Part shown: piece after piece, positions 44,435-54,689 of the stretch
Layout: the number at the start of each line of letters is the position of its first letter
Position numbering within the stretch: the first letter of the stretch is position 1
DNA from: Enterobacterales bacterium
GTDB taxonomy: Bacteria > Pseudomonadota > Gammaproteobacteria > Enterobacterales > Enterobacteriaceae
Reading direction: 5' to 3'
Length of the DNA stretch: 64,000 nt
Assembly: GCA_047692235.1 (NCBI GenBank)
Contig: JBLLJR010000003.1
Coordinates: 59,599-123,598, forward strand
Program-made: the position numbers and the translations under genes
The notes under the pieces: generated by a model
What the model was told of the DNA's origin: nothing
What the model saw: the letters and a program-made list of their open reading frames with translations, nothing else
The model's database searches: none

Positions 44435-45268
44435 TTAAAATGTTAATTTTGAATTTTTATTATATTTTATTTTAAAAATTTTTTTACTATTCCAATGTAG
44501 TATTGTTAAATAATTACCCCAACAACATCCTGTATCTAATCCATAAATATTACTAGGTGTATTCTTACCCATTAAAGAAGACCAATGACCAAAAATTATA
44601 TTATATTTTTTATATATTGAATTATTTAATAAAAGAAACCAAGGAATCATAGATTTACTTGTGTGTTTTGGTGAATTTTTATGTTTCATATCTAAAATAT
44701 ATTCTTTATAAATGTATCTCATTCTAGTAAAAACATTTAAATTAAATTGTAATTTAGATAAACCAAATAAATTATTTTTCCAAATATTCGATTCACTATT
44801 ATATAGTGTGTATAGTAATAGTCTATAATTTTTACTTTTTAAAAAATGTGAAATTTCATTTGCATATTTTATGGTATTATTAATAGTCCATGTTGGGAAT
44901 ATACCTGCATGTACCATAATTATTTTTTTTATTTTATCAATTTGTAAAAATGGCTGAAAACGTAACCAATTAATTAATTTTTCAGCATTTGATGATGATA
45001 GTATATCATGTATTTTATTTTTAGATGAATTATCAGTAATACCATAATATATAGATAATAAATTTAATTCATGATTTCCTAAAACAATACGAATATTATT
45101 TCGTAATGTATAAAGTAAATTAATAACTTTTAATGAATCAGGTCCACGAGCAATTAAATCCCCAGTAAACCATAAAGTATCTTTTTTAGGATTAAAATTT
45201 ATAATATTTAATGCTTCATTTAATTCATAAAAACATCCATGTACATCACCTATAAAATAAATTGACAT
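44435..45268 (-). CDS. apaH: bis(5'-nucleosyl)-tetraphosphatase, symmetrical
   Basis: 277-aa ORF with IGDVHGC, TGDLIARGP and GNHE metallophosphatase blocks, matching E. coli ApaH. Confidence 0.92.
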   Translation of the reverse strand: MSIYFIGDVHGCFYELNEALNIINFNPKKDTLWFTGDLIARGPDSLKVINLLYTLRNNIRIVLGNHELNLLSIYYGITDNSSKNKIHDILSSSNAEKLINWLRFQPFLQIDKIKKIIMVHAGIFPTWTINNTIKYANEISHFLKSKNYRLLLYTLYNSESNIWKNNLFGLSKLQFNLNVFTRMRYIYKEYILDMKHKNSPKHTSKSMIPWFLLLNNSIYKKYNIIFGHWSSLMGKNTPSNIYGLDTGCCWGNYLTILHWNSKKIFKIKYNKNSKLTF

Positions 45269-45322
45269 GATTAATCCGCAATATCAGTTAAAAATATAAT
45301 ACTAAACATTATAAGTTTCAAT

Positions 45323-46159
45323 TTAACAGGTTTGTAATTTATTATCAAATTTATTAGTTATAAAATTGGCTAATTTACAATAAGAATAAATATCTAAATT
45401 TTCTGCTCTCTTATTTAAATCTATATTTAACGAAGTTAATTCTCTTATATTTAATAAAGTTGATAAGTTATTTTTAATAGTTTTTCTTCTATTTCTAAAA
45501 GCTAAATTTATTACTATAATTAATGAGTTAAAATTTAATACTTTATATGGTAATTTTGTATGTGGAGTTAATTTTAGAAATGTAGAGTTTATTTTTGGTT
45601 TAGGATAAAATGAAATTGGAGGTATTTCTAATAAATGTGTTATTTTACAAAAATATTGAGCTAAAATACTTAATTTTCCGTAATTTTTACTATTTGGTGT
45701 AGAAATTAAACGATAGGCAACTTCTTTTTGAAACATAAAATTCATATCTTTAATAAAATTTATATATTTAAATATATAAAATAATAATTTTATAGATATA
45801 TTATAAGGTAGGTTACCAACTAATCTTAATGGTGTATTATATTTATAATATAATTGCTTAAAATTTATATTGAATATATTTTGATTTAAAATTATAACTT
45901 TGTTTAAACAAAGAATTTTAGATAAATATTGTGATAAATTAGAATCAATTTCTACAGCAATAATATTTGTAGAATACTTTGCTAGTTTAGTAGTTAAAGA
46001 CCCAAAACCAGGACCTATTTCTATAAATACATCATTTATAGAAGGATTAATCAATGATATAATCGTTTTTATTATATTGTTATCATGCAAAAAAACTTGA
46101 CCAAAAGATTTACGTAATAAATGTCCCTTATATAAAAATTTATACAATTTTTTTTTCAT
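45323..46159 (-). CDS. rsmA: 16S rRNA A1518/A1519 dimethyltransferase
   Basis: 278-aa ORF with KSFGQVFL, EIGPGFGSLT and GNLPYNIS blocks (KsgA). Confidence 0.92.
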   Translation of the reverse strand: MKKKLYKFLYKGHLLRKSFGQVFLHDNNIIKTIISLINPSINDVFIEIGPGFGSLTTKLAKYSTNIIAVEIDSNLSQYLSKILCLNKVIILNQNIFNINFKQLYYKYNTPLRLVGNLPYNISIKLLFYIFKYINFIKDMNFMFQKEVAYRLISTPNSKNYGKLSILAQYFCKITHLLEIPPISFYPKPKINSTFLKLTPHTKLPYKVLNFNSLIIVINLAFRNRRKTIKNNLSTLLNIRELTSLNIDLNKRAENLDIYSYCKLANFITNKFDNKLQTC

Positions 46160-46435
46160 TACTAATTTATATGAATTTAAATATTAAATAAATTTAAAAA
46201 CCATCTATACTAATGGTTTTAAATATATATCATATGATTTTTTATAATATTATATATATTATACTTTACATGTATTTTTTAATATAACAGCTATTAATAA
46301 AATATTAAATATTTTAATAATTAATTAAATAATTTATTATTTAATTAATAAATAATTTAAATTATATAAATTTTAGTTAATAAATTTAAATTTATTTATA
46401 TTAAATATAATAATTATTTTTTATATTAATTATAT

Positions 46436-47749
46436 TTAAAAAATTTTAATATATGCAGATATAAATTGTTCTTCTTTCCAGAATTGTAATTCTGATATAA
46501 ATTTATTATTGTATAACATATTATATGCTTGTTTTTTATTATATTTATTAGTTATATCAATTTTTTTTATATTAGAAAATTTAATTAGTTTCCATTTATA
46601 TTTATCATATATTGGGTAACTAATTTCATTTTTTTTAATATGTTGTAATATATTTTTAACTTTATTGCTTAATAAATCAACTGATTTCCAACCTATATTA
46701 CCACCTTTATATTTTGACTGTAAATCATCTGAAAATATTTTAGCTGCTGTACAAAAATCTATTTCACCATTTTTTATTTTTTTAGAAATATTAATTAATA
46801 TATTTTTAGCTTGATTATATGTTGTTTTTTTTGAAATATTTTTTGTAATATTATGTATATAATATTCAGTATCGGTTATACAGCTATCATTTTTTATTTC
46901 ATTAATTTTTAATATATACAAACCAATATCAGATTTAATTGGTCCTACTATAGAAATATGATTTTTTTTGGCACTTTCTAAATATGGAATAAATATTGTT
47001 GGTAAATTATTTAATTTATACCAATGCATTTGATTATTATTATTTTTTGTATTTGTTTTTGAAAATATTGATAATAAAGTATTAAAATTTATACCTTCAT
47101 TATATTTTAATATTATATAATTAGATAAATCTTTTAATTTTTTTATTTGATTATTATTTGCGTTATTTGGTATGGGTATAAATAATTTACTTAAATTAAA
47201 TTTAATATTATTTTTATTTTTAACTTCTATTTCATGTGCTAATTTATTTACATCTTGTGGGAAAATTTCAATAATTTTACTCATTTCATAATTTTCTATT
47301 AAATTAATAATTAATTCTGTTTTTATTTTATTTATATAATCTTTATATTTTATTTTTAAACTAGATAAGTTTTTATTTAATTCATTAAATGTAATTTTAT
47401 TATCTGTTAAAATTTTTTTTAATGCATTATTAACTTTATTATTATTAACAGTGATATTATGATTTTTAGATATTTGCAATATTATAGTATCTAAAATTAA
47501 ACTATCTAAAATTTCTTTTTGAGAAAACATATTATACGGTAAAAATTTGTATTTTAATTGGTAATTAAGTTTATATATTTTTAATGCAATATCTATATCA
47601 CTTTGTAAAATAATACTATTATTTACAATTGCTACTATTCTATCTAATAAAATTTTTTTAGCATAAGTTATATTTGTAAATACTGTCATAAACAGTATGA
47701 CTATAATAAATAGATAATAAATAAATTTTTTTTTAATTATATTATTCAT
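46436..47749 (-). CDS. surA: periplasmic chaperone / PPIase SurA
   Basis: 437-aa ORF with a signal-like N-terminus, LLDRIVAIVNNSIILQSDID (compare E. coli [20 protein letters not shown]) and one parvulin signature, SDDLQSKYKGGNIGW. Confidence 0.85.
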   Translation of the reverse strand: MNNIIKKKFIYYLFIIVILFMTVFTNITYAKKILLDRIVAIVNNSIILQSDIDIALKIYKLNYQLKYKFLPYNMFSQKEILDSLILDTIILQISKNHNITVNNNKVNNALKKILTDNKITFNELNKNLSSLKIKYKDYINKIKTELIINLIENYEMSKIIEIFPQDVNKLAHEIEVKNKNNIKFNLSKLFIPIPNNANNNQIKKLKDLSNYIILKYNEGINFNTLLSIFSKTNTKNNNNQMHWYKLNNLPTIFIPYLESAKKNHISIVGPIKSDIGLYILKINEIKNDSCITDTEYYIHNITKNISKKTTYNQAKNILINISKKIKNGEIDFCTAAKIFSDDLQSKYKGGNIGWKSVDLLSNKVKNILQHIKKNEISYPIYDKYKWKLIKFSNIKKIDITNKYNKKQAYNMLYNNKFISELQFWKEEQFISAYIKIF

Positions 47750-47997
47750 TTAAATTTCTAAAAAATTTTATTTTAATTTTCATTACACATTAATTTATTT
47801 AAGAATCAATTTTTTAATAAAATATTTAAATTATTTATTTAAATACAATATCTAAAAAATTATTTTTTTATTATTATAAATGTCATATTTATTAATTTAT
47901 AATAAAAAATTTTTATGAAATTTATAAATACACATATTTTAACATTTGCAAATGTTAATAAATTATATATTTTTAAATATTAACAATTGAGGATATT

Positions 47998-48828
47998 ATG
48001 CAATATTTTGGTAGATTGCTATGTAGTACTTTAGCTATTTTATCAGGATTAAATATTTTTGGGATATTTATAAGCTTTATTATTGGATACATAATAGATA
48101 GTTATATTAATTTTAGTTTAATAAATGATTTTAGTATAAATGAAAATCGTATAATAAATAAATTAATATTTTTTAAAATTATGTTTCAAGTTATGGGCTA
48201 TTTAACAAAATCAAAAGGTATCGTAACTAAACATGATATTAATAATGCTAATATAGTAATGCATAATATGAGATTAAATAAAAAGCTACAAAAATATGCT
48301 AAAGAATCATTTCGTGAAGGTAAAAATATTAATTTTAATTTAAAAAATCAATTATGTGTTTTTTATAAATATTTTTATAATAATCCTTATGCAATAAAAA
48401 CTTTTATAAATATTCAAATTCAAACAGCATTTGTTAACGGATTTTTACATAATAAAGCACGAAATATATTATTTATAATTGCTGAAGAATTAAGAGTAGA
48501 TAAATTTTATTTTGAACATCAATTAAATATCTTAGAAAATGCAATGAATTTTAATTCATATAGAAATTTTAATAAATATGGAAAATACCAACATAAAAAT
48601 ACAAGTAATTATTCTGAATTACAAGATCCTTATGATATTTTAGGAGTGTCTATAAAAGACAGTAATTTAATTATTAAAAATGCTTATAGAAAATTAATGA
48701 GAAAATATCATCCTGATAAATTAGTTTCTAAAAATTTATCTCCTAAACTGATGGAACAAGCAAAACAAAAAACACAAAAAATACAAAAAGCTTATGATTC
48801 AATAAAAAAACAAAGAGGATTTCGTTAA
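47998..48828 (+). CDS. djlA: membrane-anchored DnaK co-chaperone DjlA
   Basis: 276-aa ORF. It starts MQYFG.. with an N-terminal TM segment and has a GYLTKSKGIVT block and a C-terminal J domain (DPYDILGV..YRKLMRKYHPDKL). Confidence 0.9.
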   Translation: MQYFGRLLCSTLAILSGLNIFGIFISFIIGYIIDSYINFSLINDFSINENRIINKLIFFKIMFQVMGYLTKSKGIVTKHDINNANIVMHNMRLNKKLQKYAKESFREGKNINFNLKNQLCVFYKYFYNNPYAIKTFINIQIQTAFVNGFLHNKARNILFIIAEELRVDKFYFEHQLNILENAMNFNSYRNFNKYGKYQHKNTSNYSELQDPYDILGVSIKDSNLIIKNAYRKLMRKYHPDKLVSKNLSPKLMEQAKQKTQKIQKAYDSIKKQRGFR

Positions 48829-49041
48829 TATTAATAATTATGATAAGTTATCATAATTAATAAAATTAAAATGATAAATCAAAAATTTTATTTTGTATGA
48901 ATTATATATAATATAATTAATTTTATTAAATTTATTTAGTTAATTTTAAATTTTAACTCATCTAAAATTAAATTTTTAAGCAAAATTAAAATTTTAATAA
49001 TATTATCAATATATAATTAATAAAAATAATTATTTGTATAA

Positions 49042-49563
49042 ATGGAGAAATTTAATAATATGAGAATTAATAAAGTTTTATTATTATTAATATTATTTAC
49101 CTCAGCCTGTATATTAACAGCATGTGAAATTAAATCTAATTTATTAAAAGAAACAACTATTGAAATCTTTAATCAAAAATTAAATTTTGGTAATAATACT
49201 AAAAAACCTGTATTAAAAATACAAAATAATGAAAATTCATTCAATAATATAATATATTTTAAACGTAATGACTATAATATAGACCAACAATCTAAAATAG
49301 CATTAGATAGAGATGTAAAAGAATTACTAAATAACAAAAAAACAATAAATATTGAAGGTCATATTTCTAAAGTAGAAGATACTCCTGAGTATAGACTTTT
49401 ACAATTACTTAGAGCTAATGCAGTAAAAAGATATTTTATATCTAAAGGGGTATCATCTAAAAAAATTGTAAATTTAACAGTTTATGGTAAAAATAAATTT
49501 ATTGATTTTAATAATGATTATGCTACTAATATAACAAATCGTAGTGTTATAATAAGTTATTAA
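49042..49563 (+). CDS. pal: peptidoglycan-associated lipoprotein (OmpA-like C-terminal domain)
   Basis: 173-aa ORF with a signal peptide and the lipobox ILTAC. The C-terminal NNIIYF..INIEGH..TPEY..LRANAVKRYFISKGVS..VYGKNK..NRSVIISY is colinear with E. coli Pal. The true start may be ATG 49060. Confidence 0.82.
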   Translation: MEKFNNMRINKVLLLLILFTSACILTACEIKSNLLKETTIEIFNQKLNFGNNTKKPVLKIQNNENSFNNIIYFKRNDYNIDQQSKIALDRDVKELLNNKKTINIEGHISKVEDTPEYRLLQLLRANAVKRYFISKGVSSKKIVNLTVYGKNKFIDFNNDYATNITNRSVIISY

Positions 49564-49711
49564 TTTAAATTATTTAAACTAACAAAGTTGCGGTCTTTTG
49601 TAGGTTGTAATATTAATTACTAGTTTTTATTAATATGTTTATGTAAATTAAAAATAATATCATTATTTAATGTTAATTAAATAAATTAATCCCAAGAGGG
49701 AGAATAGCATA

Positions 49712-50608
49712 TTGAATAAATATAGATTAAGAATTGCTATGCAAAAATCAGGAAGAATAAGCCAGGAATCTCAGCAATTAATTGAACAATGTGGAATTAA
49801 AATAAATTTAAAGCAACAAAAATTATTAGCTTTTTCAGAAAATATGCCAATTGATATCATGCTTGTAAGAGATGATGATATTCCTGGATTAATTATGGAT
49901 GGTGTAGTTGATCTTGGAATTATCGGTGAAAATGTACTAAAAGAAGAATTATTAGCTCGTCGTTCAAAAGGTGAACATCCAAAATATCTTACATTAAGAC
50001 GTTTAGATTTTGGTAATTGCCGATTATCTATGGCATTACCATTAGATAAATTATGGACAGGACCTAAATGTTTATATGGTAAACGTATAGCAACTTCTTA
50101 TCCAAATTTATTAAAACAATACTTAGATAAATTAGATATTTCTTTTAAATCTTGTTTATTAAATGGATCTGTAGAGGTTGCACCAAGAGCAGGATTAGCA
50201 GATGCTATATGTGATTTAGTCTCTACTGGAGAAACTCTTGAAGCTAATGGATTACGTGAAGTAGAAGTAATACATTTTTCTAAAGCTTGTCTTATTCAAA
50301 AATATGGTAAATTATTAAAAGAAAAACAATCTTTAATTGATAAATTATTAATTCGTATACAAAGTATAATACAAGCAAGAGAATCAAAATATATTATGAT
50401 GCATGTTCCTATTAATAAATTAGATCAAATCTTAAATTTATTACCAGGAGTTGATCAACCAACAATATTGCCTATATCTAAAGATAATAGTAGAGTAGCT
50501 ATGTATATAGTAAGTAGCGAGACAATATTTTGGGAAACTATAGAAAATCTTAAATCTTTAGGAGCTAGTTCTATATTAGTATTACCAATAGAAAAAATGA
50601 TGGAATAA
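49712..50608 (+). CDS. hisG: ATP phosphoribosyltransferase (long form)
   Basis: 298-aa ORF with a TTG start behind GAGGGA. It is very close to E. coli HisG throughout ([46 protein letters not shown]). Confidence 0.95.
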   Translation: MNKYRLRIAMQKSGRISQESQQLIEQCGIKINLKQQKLLAFSENMPIDIMLVRDDDIPGLIMDGVVDLGIIGENVLKEELLARRSKGEHPKYLTLRRLDFGNCRLSMALPLDKLWTGPKCLYGKRIATSYPNLLKQYLDKLDISFKSCLLNGSVEVAPRAGLADAICDLVSTGETLEANGLREVEVIHFSKACLIQKYGKLLKEKQSLIDKLLIRIQSIIQARESKYIMMHVPINKLDQILNLLPGVDQPTILPISKDNSRVAMYIVSSETIFWETIENLKSLGASSILVLPIEKMME

Positions 50609-50611
50609 TAT

Positions 50612-51922
50612 ATGCAAAATTTACTTTTTAATAAAATTATTTATTGGAGTCATTTAAATATAAAAGAACAAAAAAAAATCTTATCTAGACCTAAAATAGA
50701 TATATCTATAAATATTAGTAAAATTGTTAATAATATTTTAAATGATGTTCAATCTCAAGGAGATAAAGCTTTATATTTTTTTAATAAAAAATTTGATTTA
50801 TATGAAAAAAAAAAATTAATTATAGACAAGGATATATTATTAAATTCAACTTTTTTTGTAAATAAAAATCTTAAAAATGCTATTAAATTTGCATCAAAAA
50901 ATATTAATTTATTTCATAGTAAACAGCAATTATCTTTGATAGATGTAGAAATTAATCCAGGTATACGTTGTATGCAAATTACAAGACCTATTGATTCTGT
51001 AGGTTTATATGTACCAGGAGGTACAGCTCCTCTTTTATCTACTGTTTTAATGCTAGCAATACCAGCTCAAATTGCTGGATGTAAAAATATTACATTATGT
51101 TCTCCTCCTCCTATTTCACATGCAATTATTTATGCCGCTAAAATATGTGGTATAAAAAATATATATCAGGTTGGTGGAGCTCAAGCTATTGCTGCTATGG
51201 CTTTTGGAACGCAATCAATTAAAAAAGTTGATAAAATATTTGGACCTGGTAATTTATGGGTTACAGAAGCAAAACGTCAAGTAAGTCAAAGAAATGACGG
51301 TGTAACTATAGATATGATAGCTGGACCAACAGAACTATTAATAGTTGCTGATAATAATTCTAATCCAGCATTTATTGCTTCAGATTTATTATCTCAAGCA
51401 GAACATGGAAGTGATTCTCAATTAATATTAATAACAACTAATATTAAATTAATTAATTTAGTATTAATAGAAATAAACAATCAAATAAATATTTTACCTC
51501 GTTATGAAATAATTAAAAAATCATTACTTAAAAATAGTAGATTTATTATTGCAAAAAATATCAAAGAATGTATCAAAATAAGTAATATTTATGGACCTGA
51601 GCATCTAATTATACAAGTTGAAAATGCAGAAATGTATATAAAATATATAAAAAATGCTGGATCTGTATTTATAGGTCCATGGTCTACCGAGTCAATAGGA
51701 GATTATGCGTCTGGTACAAATCATGTTTTACCAACATCTGGACATACTTTAACATGTTCTGGACTAAGTGTTATTGATTTTCAAAAAAGAATATTAATAC
51801 AAAAAATTAATAAAGAAGGTTTATTAAAAATAGCTCCTATTATTGAAATTTTATCTGATGCAGAAAATATGATAGCTCATAAAAATTCAATAAAATTACG
51901 AGTGGATAAAATTAAGGAATAA
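50612..51922 (+). CDS. hisD: histidinol dehydrogenase
   Basis: 436-aa ORF with SQAEHGSDSQ and GDYASGTNHVLPT blocks. Confidence 0.94.
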   Translation: MQNLLFNKIIYWSHLNIKEQKKILSRPKIDISINISKIVNNILNDVQSQGDKALYFFNKKFDLYEKKKLIIDKDILLNSTFFVNKNLKNAIKFASKNINLFHSKQQLSLIDVEINPGIRCMQITRPIDSVGLYVPGGTAPLLSTVLMLAIPAQIAGCKNITLCSPPPISHAIIYAAKICGIKNIYQVGGAQAIAAMAFGTQSIKKVDKIFGPGNLWVTEAKRQVSQRNDGVTIDMIAGPTELLIVADNNSNPAFIASDLLSQAEHGSDSQLILITTNIKLINLVLIEINNQINILPRYEIIKKSLLKNSRFIIAKNIKECIKISNIYGPEHLIIQVENAEMYIKYIKNAGSVFIGPWSTESIGDYASGTNHVLPTSGHTLTCSGLSVIDFQKRILIQKINKEGLLKIAPIIEILSDAENMIAHKNSIKLRVDKIKE

Positions 51923-51927
51923 TTATT

Positions 51928-53001
51928 ATGAGTATAAAACATTTAGTTAAGTGTAATATTTTAAAATTAAAACCTTATCAATCAGCTCGTAAGTTAGGTG
52001 GAAAAGGAAATATTTGGCTGAATGCCAATGAATATCCATTAACACCAAAATATATATGTAATATTAAAAATTTAAATAGATATCCAGAATGTCAACCTAG
52101 TTTATTAATTAATAAATATGCTAATTATGTTAATATCAAATCTAAACAAGTTTTAGTATGTAGAGGTGCAGATGAAGGTATATCGTTATTAATTCGTGCA
52201 TTCTGCGATTTTAATAAAGATAAAATTTTATTTTGTCCCCCTACATATGGTATGTATAAAGTAAGTTCTGAAATACTAGGTATAAAATTTTTTGAAATTA
52301 ATACAATAAATAATTGGCAATTAGATTTAAATAAAATAATTAATAATTTAAAAAATGTAAAATTAATATATCTATGTAATCCAAATAATCCAACTGGTAA
52401 TATTATAAATCATAATGATATTATTTATTTATTAAAAATAATTAAAAACAAAGCTCTATTAGTAATAGACGAAGCATATATTGATTTTTGTTTAAACTTC
52501 AGTTTAACTTATCTTATAGAAAAAAATGAAAATTTAGTTATTTTAAGAACTTTATCTAAAGCTTTTGCCTTAGCTGGAATACGTTGTGGATTTATATTGT
52601 CAAATTCATATATTATAAAAATTTTAACAAAAATTATAGATCCTTATCCAATACCATCTCCAGTTATAGATATTGCTTCTCAAGCTTTAAGTGAAAATGG
52701 TATTAAACAAACTAAATTAAGAATTATGAATATACATTATAATAAAGCAATATTCATTAAAGATTTAAAAGAATGTAAATGTGTAATGAAAGTATATTCT
52801 AGTTTAAGTAATTATTGTTTAGTAAAATTTGATTCAAGATATCAAGTATTTAAATCATTGTGGAATAAAGGAATAATTTTAAGAGATCAAAGCTTACAAC
52901 CAGGATTAATTGATTGTATTCGTATTACCATTGGTACATTAAAAGAATGTAAACAAATAATTAAAATATTAAAAATATTAAAACCTAATAAATTACTGTA
53001 A
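51928..53001 (+). CDS. hisC: histidinol-phosphate aminotransferase
   Basis: 357-aa ORF with LCNPNNPTG and the PLP-lysine block TLSKAFALAGIRCG. Confidence 0.93.
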   Translation: MSIKHLVKCNILKLKPYQSARKLGGKGNIWLNANEYPLTPKYICNIKNLNRYPECQPSLLINKYANYVNIKSKQVLVCRGADEGISLLIRAFCDFNKDKILFCPPTYGMYKVSSEILGIKFFEINTINNWQLDLNKIINNLKNVKLIYLCNPNNPTGNIINHNDIIYLLKIIKNKALLVIDEAYIDFCLNFSLTYLIEKNENLVILRTLSKAFALAGIRCGFILSNSYIIKILTKIIDPYPIPSPVIDIASQALSENGIKQTKLRIMNIHYNKAIFIKDLKECKCVMKVYSSLSNYCLVKFDSRYQVFKSLWNKGIILRDQSLQPGLIDCIRITIGTLKECKQIIKILKILKPNKLL

Positions 53002-53020
53002 TTACAAAGGAAATTTTGAT

Positions 53021-54094
53021 TTGAAAAAAAAATTTTTATTTATTGATCGTGATGGGACTTTAATTAAAGAGCCTAATGATAATAAACAAGTAGATAAAAT
53101 AGAAAAATTATCATTTGAACCAAATGTGATTACTTCTTTGTTAAAATTACAAAAATTTGGATTTAAATTAATTATGGTAACTAATCAAGATGGATTAGGA
53201 ACACATTTATTTCCTAAAAAAAATTTTTATATTCCTCATAATTTTATGATAGATATTTTTACATCTCAAGGAATTAATTTTGAAAAAGTATTAATTTGCC
53301 CACATTTTGATTATGATAAATGTAATTGTCGTAAACCAAATACAGGATTAGTTAATTCTTTTCTTACAGGTAACTTGTTAGATAAAAAAAATAGTTTTGT
53401 TATAGGGGATAGATATACAGATATATTACTATCTAAAAATATGAATATTAATGGTTTATTATATAATAAAACATCATTAAATTGGTTAAATATTTCAAAA
53501 AATTTAACTACACTTAAAAGATATTCTTGTGTGAAAAGAATAACAAAAGAAACAGATATAAAAATTAAAGTTTGGTTAGACCAGAAAAAAACAAATTACA
53601 TTAATACTGGAATAAAATTTTTAGATCATATGTTACATCAAATTGCCATTCATGGAGGAATATCAGTTTATATTAAAGCTATAGGTGATATTAAAGTAGA
53701 TGATCATCATACTGTAGAAGATGTTGCTTTAGTATTAGGAGAAACTTTAAAAAGATCATTAGGGAATAAATATGGTATTTCTAGATTTGGATTTATAGCT
53801 CCAATGGATGAATCTTTAGCTACATGTGCTTTAGATATTTCTGGTCGTTCCTATTTGAAATATAATGCTAAATATAAATTTCAAAAAGTCGGAGATCTTA
53901 GTACAGATATGGTAGAACATTTTTTCCGTTCTTTATGTTCTACGATGTTTTGTACTTTACATTTAAGTGTAAGTGGAGATAATGATCATCACAAAATAGA
54001 AAGTTTATTTAAATCTTTTGGGTTATCTTTACGTCAAGCTATTAATATTAATTATAATTCTAATAAATTACAAAGTTCTAAAGGAATTATTTAA
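53021..54094 (+). CDS. hisB: bifunctional histidinol-phosphatase / imidazoleglycerol-phosphate dehydratase
   Basis: 357-aa ORF with a TTG start behind AAAGGA. FIDRDGTL is the HAD motif, and DDHHTVEDV / DNDHHKIESLFK are the IGPD motifs. Confidence 0.94.
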   Translation: MKKKFLFIDRDGTLIKEPNDNKQVDKIEKLSFEPNVITSLLKLQKFGFKLIMVTNQDGLGTHLFPKKNFYIPHNFMIDIFTSQGINFEKVLICPHFDYDKCNCRKPNTGLVNSFLTGNLLDKKNSFVIGDRYTDILLSKNMNINGLLYNKTSLNWLNISKNLTTLKRYSCVKRITKETDIKIKVWLDQKKTNYINTGIKFLDHMLHQIAIHGGISVYIKAIGDIKVDDHHTVEDVALVLGETLKRSLGNKYGISRFGFIAPMDESLATCALDISGRSYLKYNAKYKFQKVGDLSTDMVEHFFRSLCSTMFCTLHLSVSGDNDHHKIESLFKSFGLSLRQAININYNSNKLQSSKGII

Positions 54095-54685
54095 ATGAAA
54101 ATAGTAATTTTAAATACAGAATGTTCAAATCTTTTATCTGTTAGTATTGCTATTAAGCGTATAGGATATAACCCTATTATAAGTAGTGATCCAAAAATTA
54201 TATTTCAAGCAGATAAAGTTTTATTACCTGGAGTAGGTACAGCAAATAGTGCTATGGAAGTTTTAAAAAAAAAAAAATTAGTTAACATTATAAAAAAACT
54301 TAAACAACCTATATTAGGAATATGTTTAGGTATGCAATTATTTGGTTCTTATAGTTGTGAGAATGGTCATATTAAAACTTTAAATATAATTGATGTTCCA
54401 GTAATACATATAAAAACATCAAATTTACCATTACCTCATGTTGGATGGAATAAAATAAATATATGTAAAAATAGTAATTTATTTAAAGGCATAAATCAAA
54501 GCGATTATTTTTATTTCATACATAGTTATATAATGCCAATATGTAATTTTACAATTTCTACAACAAACTATGGTATACCTTTTAGTTCTACAATAAAATA
54601 TAAAAATTTTTTTGGTGTTCAATTTCATCCAGAACGTTCAGGTAAATCTGGTAATTTACTTTTAAAAAATTTTTTGGAGATGTAA
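54095..54685 (+). CDS. hisH: imidazole glycerol phosphate synthase, glutaminase subunit
   Basis: 196-aa ORF with LPGVG, the nucleophile elbow GICLGMQL and FHPERS. Confidence 0.93.
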   Translation: MKIVILNTECSNLLSVSIAIKRIGYNPIISSDPKIIFQADKVLLPGVGTANSAMEVLKKKKLVNIIKKLKQPILGICLGMQLFGSYSCENGHIKTLNIIDVPVIHIKTSNLPLPHVGWNKINICKNSNLFKGINQSDYFYFIHSYIMPICNFTISTTNYGIPFSSTIKYKNFFGVQFHPERSGKSGNLLLKNFLEM

Positions 54686-54689
54686 TTTT

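Noticed and set aside
46199-46226. The AAAACCAT ... ATGGTTTT hairpin in the rsmA-surA spacer.
   Set aside because: The stem is only 8 bp with a large loop and an ambiguous strand context. This is too weak to call a terminator.
48831-48863. A near-perfect AT palindrome right after the djlA stop (AATTATGATA-AGT-TATCATAATT plus imperfect extensions).
   Set aside because: The stem is made almost entirely of A/T pairs (a single G-C) and has no trailing T run on either strand. It cannot be distinguished from compositional background.
49564-49711. Search for a hisL leader or attenuator upstream of hisG.
   Set aside because: No small ORF with a His-codon run exists on the + strand. Only a weak 5-bp stem (ACAAA/TTTGT) is present. 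Attenuation appears to be lost, as is usual in reduced symbionts.
49712-50608. The unusually high similarity of hisG to E. coli and its locally higher GC content, considered as a sign of recent horizontal acquisition.
   Set aside because: The whole his operon is in ancestral order and its other members show typical symbiont divergence. Third codon positions in hisG are still strongly A/T-biased. Strong purifying selection on HisG is the simpler explanation.
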